Shown here: positions 7,567 through 12,338 of the stretch, one piece after another
Layout of the letters: each line of letters begins with the position of its first letter
How positions within the stretch are numbered: the stretch's first letter is position 1
Assembly: GCA_043800755.1 (NCBI GenBank)
Contig: JAZDMQ010000084.1
Span: forward strand, 1 to 12,338
Direction: 5' to 3'
From: a bacterium
GTDB taxonomy: Bacteria; Methylomirabilota; Methylomirabilia; CAVQYV01
DNA length: 12,338 nt
Notes under the pieces: generated by a model
What the model was told of the DNA's origin: nothing
Databases searched by the model: none
Seen by the model: only the letters and a program-made list of their open reading frames with translations
Position numbers and translations under genes: made by a program

Positions 7567-8904
7567 TCAGACCCCCACCAATTGAAGCCCATTCACCCGC
7601 AGGGAGGCAGAACCATGACGGCCGAAGAATCGCAGGTCGGATCCCACCTCCGCCAAGGACTGCAGCCAATTGCGGATGTTCCCCGCAATCATTACCCCCC
7701 GGAAGGGATGCTTCAACCTCCCTTTTTCCACCCAGAGCCCCTCTGCGCCCACTGAGAAATCCCCGGAGATGGGATTGGCGGTATGCATCCCCATGAGGGA
7801 CAGGACCAGGATCCCCTGGGACAGGTCCTGGATCATCCTCTCCCTCGGCCGGTCTCCCGGGATCGCATACAGATTGGTCGCCATGATCTGAGGCGGGGAT
7901 TGAAAACCTGCTCGGTGGGCGTTTCCGGTGGACTGCCTCCCCCCCTTGACGGCACAATACGAATCATAGAGGAAACCCTTGAGGGTCCCGTCCTCGATGA
8001 GGAGTGTGCGCTGGGCAGGATTCCCCTCATCGTCGAAGGGGAAGCTGTGACTCCCACGGGGAAGGAGTCCATCATCTACCAGGGTCAGCGTCTTCGAGGC
8101 AACTTGCGTCCCCACTTGATTCGCAAAGAGCGATTTCTGCTTTTGCACTGCATCCGCCATGAGGGCGGAAGAGAGGACCTCCAGGAACTCTGCGGCCGTT
8201 GGGGAGGAGAAGACGACGTCCACCCGGAGGGTGGGGAGGGATTTCGCCCCCAGCATCATGACCGCCTGCTCCGCCGCCCGGCGGCCCACCTCCTCTCCCT
8301 GCAAGTCAGAGAAGAAGGGGGACGACTGCATATCCCATCCCGTCTCGGAGGATCCCTTCTCATCCGCTGCCACCTCGACAGAGCAGGAGCAATAGGTTCC
8401 CTGACCCCCGGCCTTCAGGCCCCGCGAATTCGAAATATGCACCGAATAATTGCTGTCCTGATAGAGGCAGTGCCTCACCTTCGAGACCCTGGGGTCGAAC
8501 CCCCTCGCCGCCTCCTCCATCTCTCGGGCAAAGTCAACCCTCTCCGCCAGACCCATTGCCCGGAGCTGCGAATCGTATCGGTCCACCTCCGGGTAGGGAG
8601 AGGCAGGAGGGGGAGGGAAATAAAGAAAGGGATCGGGATGGGATTGGCGGGCGGCTGCCAGGGCCTTGTCGGCCAAGATTTCCCAGCTCTCCACCCCGAT
8701 GTCCGAGGCAAAGGCAAAGCCCATCCGTTCCTGCTCCAAGACCCGCAATCCAACTCCCGTCTGCTGCGCCTGGGAAAGGGAATCGATCTTCCCCTCCTTG
8801 ATATCGACCAGGCTCGACGCTTGCTCGAGGCGGTAGACCTCGGCGGCCTCTGCCCCCTTGGCCAGGGCGAGATCGATCAGACTAAAGATGGCTTCCTCCC
8901 TCAT
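7567..8904 (-). CDS. pmbA: PmbA/TldE family protein (non-catalytic partner of the TldD peptidase)
   Basis: 445 aa with GAEAAEVY, GVGLRV, SFPFDDEG, LIEDGTLKGFLYD, STGNAHRAG and ANPISGDFSVGAEG motifs. No HExxxH in the segment after VVFSSPTAAEFL, so TldE-type rather than TldD. Confidence 0.9.
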   Translation of the reverse strand: MREEAIFSLIDLALAKGAEAAEVYRLEQASSLVDIKEGKIDSLSQAQQTGVGLRVLEQERMGFAFASDIGVESWEILADKALAAARQSHPDPFLYFPPPPASPYPEVDRYDSQLRAMGLAERVDFAREMEEAARGFDPRVSKVRHCLYQDSNYSVHISNSRGLKAGGQGTYCSCSVEVAADEKGSSETGWDMQSSPFFSDLQGEEVGRRAAEQAVMMLGAKSLPTLRVDVVFSSPTAAEFLEVLSSALMADAVQKQKSLFANQVGTQVASKTLTLVDDGLLPRGSHSFPFDDEGNPAQRTLLIEDGTLKGFLYDSYCAVKGGRQSTGNAHRAGFQSPPQIMATNLYAIPGDRPRERMIQDLSQGILVLSLMGMHTANPISGDFSVGAEGLWVEKGRLKHPFRGVMIAGNIRNWLQSLAEVGSDLRFFGRHGSASLRVNGLQLVGV

Positions 8905-8907
8905 CGA

Positions 8908-9360
8908 TCAATCCAGCTCCAGGATCATGGCAATCTCGTCACACTCGGGGAATTTGACGCACTTGACACAGTCGGTCCAGATCTTGTGGGGCAGCTGGGA
9001 CTTATCGACTGGTCGAAAGCCAAGGTGCTGGAAAAAATTCGGCTTGTAGGTCAGGGCAAAGACTCTCCTGATCCCCAAGGAGCCCGCCTCCTCCAGGCAG
9101 GCCTTCACCAGATCAGTGCCGATTTCGCGGCGGATGTAAGGCTCCTTGACAGCCAGGGATCGGATCTCGGCCAGGTCCTCCCAGCTCAGATGCAGGGCGG
9201 AGACCCCCACGATCTCCCCGCAATCCTCGAAGACATAGAAATCCCTCACCCTCTCGTAGAGCTCGCTGAGGGAGCAGGGGAGCATCTCCCCCCGGTCGGC
9301 ATAGAAGTTCACCAGGCGTTGAATCTCCTTGACATCGGAGAGCCTCGCCTTGCGGATCAT
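8908..9360 (-). CDS. Short ArgA-like GNAT N-acetyltransferase (N-acetylglutamate synthase-like), 150 aa
   Basis: MIRKARLSDVKEIQRLVNFYADRGEMLP...WEDLAEIRSLAV...RVFALTY...LPHKIWTDCVKCVKFPECDEIAM matches the short NAGS-like GNAT family. ATG at 9360 overlaps the upstream TGA (ATGA). Confidence 0.88.
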   Translation of the reverse strand: MIRKARLSDVKEIQRLVNFYADRGEMLPCSLSELYERVRDFYVFEDCGEIVGVSALHLSWEDLAEIRSLAVKEPYIRREIGTDLVKACLEEAGSLGIRRVFALTYKPNFFQHLGFRPVDKSQLPHKIWTDCVKCVKFPECDEIAMILELD

Positions 9361-9947
9361 CTTTGATCCCTCTTCCACTCGGCCCGGGCGATCCCTGCGC
9401 GCAGGATATCCTCTGCCCGTGGCCCAGCGGGGTTGCCGGTAAGACCGTTCAGGGCAAAGAGCTCGATCCCTTTTCGGGTCTCCAGGTAGCAAACCCAATA
9501 GGGATAACAGAGCTCCCCTGCCTCTTTCAGTTCAGCCTTGATCTCCTTTACCCACCAGGACTGGCGACGGAGCACAAAGGATTCCACCGCCTTCCTCGCC
9601 TTCTTTTCCGCTTCCTCTTGGGGGACGATCCTCTCCAACAGGAGTTCGCGCGAAACCAAGAACTCCTTCAATTCGAAGGACCCGCGGATAAATTCCGAGA
9701 AGCCCAGGACCTCATCTACCAGAACATCGTAGAGGTAATAGCGGTTCAGATATCTGGGATTGACGAAGCGAAAGTAATAATAGGGCACATAGACGAATTC
9801 CTCGGCAACGAGTCTGGGCTTGTTCCGGGAGAGTCTCCCTTTCCTCTTTACCCTTTTTTCCGTGAGCTGTCTGAGATGGGCGGGGGAGAGGCACACCCCT
9901 GGGATGCGAATCCTTGCCTCTCCCCCGCCCCAATCCGTATCCGGCAT
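9357..9947 (-). CDS. Hypothetical soluble protein with a twice-repeated YxPY...D/NxxxG motif
   Basis: 196-aa ORF that fills the gap between neighbours (18-bp gap upstream, 4-bp overlap downstream), with protein-like composition and an internal repeat. Confidence 0.75.
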   Translation of the reverse strand: MPDTDWGGGEARIRIPGVCLSPAHLRQLTEKRVKRKGRLSRNKPRLVAEEFVYVPYYYFRFVNPRYLNRYYLYDVLVDEVLGFSEFIRGSFELKEFLVSRELLLERIVPQEEAEKKARKAVESFVLRRQSWWVKEIKAELKEAGELCYPYWVCYLETRKGIELFALNGLTGNPAGPRAEDILRAGIARAEWKRDQR

Positions 9948-9965
9948 GAGCTAACTCGATTTTCC

Positions 9966-10274
9966 CTATTGCTTGGCTAAATGGGCCTCCATCTTCCGCA
10001 GATTGCCCTTCTTCTTGGAAACATAGACCCCCGTCACGATCGCAATCCCGGCAAGAAGCACAGCCGTGATGACCTCCGCCCAGGCATAGAAGCTTTTATC
10101 CTCCTGGGGAAGGAAAAAAAGGCTCGCGATGCAAGATATCGTAAAGACCAGGAAGAGGAACACCAGGACGAGCCCGGAGGTCACCTCCATCCGAAGCTCG
10201 AGGGCAGCCTCCGCCGGGTCGCACGCATCCTGCTGCGTCCAAAAAACAACCTCCGTTCTTTCTTCTGCGGCCAT
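9966..10274 (-). CDS. Small membrane protein with two TM helices, candidate SSS accessory subunit, 102 aa
   Basis: ATG at 10274 with AGGAGG at 10287-10282. Hydrophobic segments GLVLVFLFLVFTISCIASLFFL and WAEVITAVLLAGIAIVTGVYV, then a basic tail. Confidence 0.75.
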   Translation of the reverse strand: MAAEERTEVVFWTQQDACDPAEAALELRMEVTSGLVLVFLFLVFTISCIASLFFLPQEDKSFYAWAEVITAVLLAGIAIVTGVYVSKKKGNLRKMEAHLAKQ

Positions 10275-10319
10275 ATTCCTACCTCCTATTTTGGCCTCCA
10301 AATCATTTGGTTCGGCGTT

Positions 10320-12044
10320 CTACCACCAGTAAATCGTCCAGACCACCAGGTAGATGAGCATTATCCAACCCCAGAACGTTACGCCCTTATACCAGGGGAT
10401 TCCCTCGGTTCCATAGTAGGGGATATCGGTCTCGACGCATTCGCCCCGCTCATTGATCCGCTCCACCCTTTTTTGCAGATAAGGCTTCACCTGGGGCGGG
10501 AAGGTACCCACCGTATACCCCTCGATGTCCTCGTAGCTCGTGCGGCCTCGAACGGCATTCTCGATCAGGCTCCATACGATCATGAGAGCACTGGTGAAAA
10601 GGATATTCCACAGGGGGATGGTCAACCAGAAGTAGAGCCAGGGGGCATTGGGGAAGAAACCCTTGGCGAAGACGGCCAGGAACATACCGAAGATGCCCCC
10701 TCCGGCTAGCCCAACAAAGCCGGAATTCCGGCTGATGAACTTAAACAGAACCCCCAGGATGAACACCGAGAAGAGGGGCGAGATCAGGGCCCCGGTGATC
10801 TTAATATAGACGACGATGTATCCGCCTCCCTTTTGCACGAAGGGGATAAAGAGCAGCCCCGCAAGGAAGTTAAACGCCGTCAGGAGCCGGGCCACCAGCA
10901 GGTAGTGGGCATCCGAGCCGTCCTTCTTGATCAGCTTGGCATAGATGTCCCGGGTGAGGATGCCCGCACAGGCCTGGGCGTTGGAGGGAACGGTGGATAG
11001 GGTGGCCGCGAACACGCCCGCCATGACTAAGCCCACCAGGCCCACCGGAAGCCAGTCCTTCATGATGTAGGCATAGACCGCATCGGGCCTTCCCCCCATG
11101 GCCGGGTTAAAGAGCTTGTTCATGTAACCGTAGGCCACGACCCCAAACGCCCCCACCGGCACGATGGCAAACTGGTGGACGAGCGCAACCCAGCCCGCCA
11201 TCTGATATCCCATGCGGCCATCCCATTCGGACCGGGCAGAGAGCGGCCTCGCCACCTGCTCCGCCTGAATGATGGGATAGGGGATGGTAGAGGCCATCAT
11301 CCCCAGGAAGGCCAGCCCCGGAAAGAGCCAGGGCGCTGAAGGGATGGCATGAAATTCCCACCACCCCGCCGGGATGATCTGTCCTGTGATCGCATGCTTG
11401 ACCATGTTAGGGCCGGTGGCCTCCAAAAGCTTATGCCAGCCTCCCACATGGTGCAGGCCTGCAAAGAGCAATACCCAGGAGGTGATGGTCATCAAGGCCT
11501 GCTGGGCCGTCCCGGTGATCATGGCCGCCGAGATGCCTCCCAACATGGTATAGCCAATGGCCAGGGCCGCCCCGATGACGAGGCCCGTCATGAACTTCGT
11601 CCCGGCGACGACCTCCATCATGATGCCCATCAGCACCAGAATCGCACCGATCACATACACACGCTGAAGAACGATGAGGAGGGCTCCCCAGATCCTGGCC
11701 CCATAATTGTAACGCATCCCCAGGAATTCCGCCGGGGTCCAGACCCCCGCCCGATACATCTGGGGGATGATGGTATGCGCCCCCAAGAGCCATCCCGCCT
11801 GCAAATTGACAGAATAGTTGGCAAGCCCCAGGCCCCCGTGCTGATAGGCATAGCCCGCGCATCCAAAATAATCCGCGATATCGGACTGCGTTGCCTGGCA
11901 GTTGGGCGCAATGATCCACCAGCGTTGGGTCCTACCTGCGAGCAGGTAGTCCTTGACCGATTTCACATATTTCCGGTAGGGAAGGCCGGCAATTACCACC
12001 GCGATGACGGTGGATATAACGATAATCCAGTCTATCGGATGCAA
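10320..12044 (-). CDS. Sodium:solute symporter (SSS/SLC5 family), substrate unknown
   Basis: 574 aa with many TMs. Motifs DYLLAGR, GYAYQHG, TPAEFLGMRY, YTMLGGISA, PVGLVGLVMAGVFAATLST (Na2-site region) and TRDIY. TTG start with GGAGG RBS at 12055-12051. Confidence 0.93.
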   Translation of the reverse strand: MHPIDWIIVISTVIAVVIAGLPYRKYVKSVKDYLLAGRTQRWWIIAPNCQATQSDIADYFGCAGYAYQHGGLGLANYSVNLQAGWLLGAHTIIPQMYRAGVWTPAEFLGMRYNYGARIWGALLIVLQRVYVIGAILVLMGIMMEVVAGTKFMTGLVIGAALAIGYTMLGGISAAMITGTAQQALMTITSWVLLFAGLHHVGGWHKLLEATGPNMVKHAITGQIIPAGWWEFHAIPSAPWLFPGLAFLGMMASTIPYPIIQAEQVARPLSARSEWDGRMGYQMAGWVALVHQFAIVPVGAFGVVAYGYMNKLFNPAMGGRPDAVYAYIMKDWLPVGLVGLVMAGVFAATLSTVPSNAQACAGILTRDIYAKLIKKDGSDAHYLLVARLLTAFNFLAGLLFIPFVQKGGGYIVVYIKITGALISPLFSVFILGVLFKFISRNSGFVGLAGGGIFGMFLAVFAKGFFPNAPWLYFWLTIPLWNILFTSALMIVWSLIENAVRGRTSYEDIEGYTVGTFPPQVKPYLQKRVERINERGECVETDIPYYGTEGIPWYKGVTFWGWIMLIYLVVWTIYWW

Positions 12045-12156
12045 TTTCCCCCTCCTCTCCTTGAGTTATGGAGCCAATTTCCTTGCAGCAGAATCGAACT
12101 GTTGCTGAACCTTCCTCGCATCACCCCCTCTTTCCTTGATCGAAAGCTAAACCCCT

Positions 12157-12338
12157 TTACTTCACTTTTTGCACATCAGTCAGTTGGCTGGCGATCTCCC
12201 GATAGGGACGTCCCTTCACCCATGCCGGATAGAAGGAGAAGGCGATCTTCATCTCCGACTCTCCCGTGTTGCCGATGCAATGGGGATAGCCTGCCGGGAC
12301 GAAAAAGGCCCGTCCCGGTTTGAGCTCGTAACGCTCCA
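12157..12338 (-). CDS. Cupin-domain protein, C-terminal part; runs off the right edge
   Basis: Not in the ORF track. Manual translation from 12336: ERYELKPGRAFFVPAGYPHCIGNTGESEMKIAFSFYPAWVKGRPYREIASQLTDVQKVK* (TAA 12157-12159). Contains cupin motif 2, G(X)5PxG(X)2H(X)3N. Confidence 0.85.
   Translation of the reverse strand, partial: ERYELKPGRAFFVPAGYPHCIGNTGESEMKIAFSFYPAWVKGRPYREIASQLTDVQKVK

Noticed and set aside
7783..9366. 527-aa plus-strand ORF, and similar ones at 5413-6408, 9363-9980, 9981-10709 and 11349-12323
   Set aside because: Antisense shadows of well-supported minus-strand genes in GC-rich DNA, with no recognisable motifs.
12294..12318. Perfect 8-bp inverted repeat CCGGGACG/CGTCCCGG as a terminator or riboswitch
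   Set aside because: It lies inside the cupin coding sequence, has no adequate U-tract, and no riboswitch consensus was recognised upstream of the SSS.
1..12338. CRISPR array, tRNA/rRNA, transposase, integrase or defence genes
   Set aside because: No regularly spaced repeats, RNA-gene signatures or matching protein motifs were seen.

Overview
GC-rich bacterial window, probably Deltaproteobacteria/Desulfobacterota-like (inferred from protein style only). All convincing genes are on the minus strand. In transcription order (right to left): (1) a tightly packed cluster of a cupin 3' end (missed by the ORF track), a sodium:solute symporter, a small 2-TM protein, an unknown protein with an internal repeat, a short ArgA-like GNAT, PmbA/TldE with no adjacent TldD, and a small CxxC..CxxC protein; (2) a TetR-headed YbhGFSR-type ABC efflux operon with a promoter/operator; (3) an intergenic multi-hairpin REP/MITE-like element; (4) the 5' end of a phosphate butyryl/acetyltransferase. 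The most striking observation is that four of the five efflux structural genes carry six disabling lesions (a 13-bp tandem duplication, four single-base frameshifts and an in-frame TGA), while the flanking genes have intact reading frames. This means either operon-specific decay or locally poor consensus sequence. The best candidate for an uncharacterised system is the cupin-SSS-accessory protein cluster, but the sequence alone cannot establish novelty.
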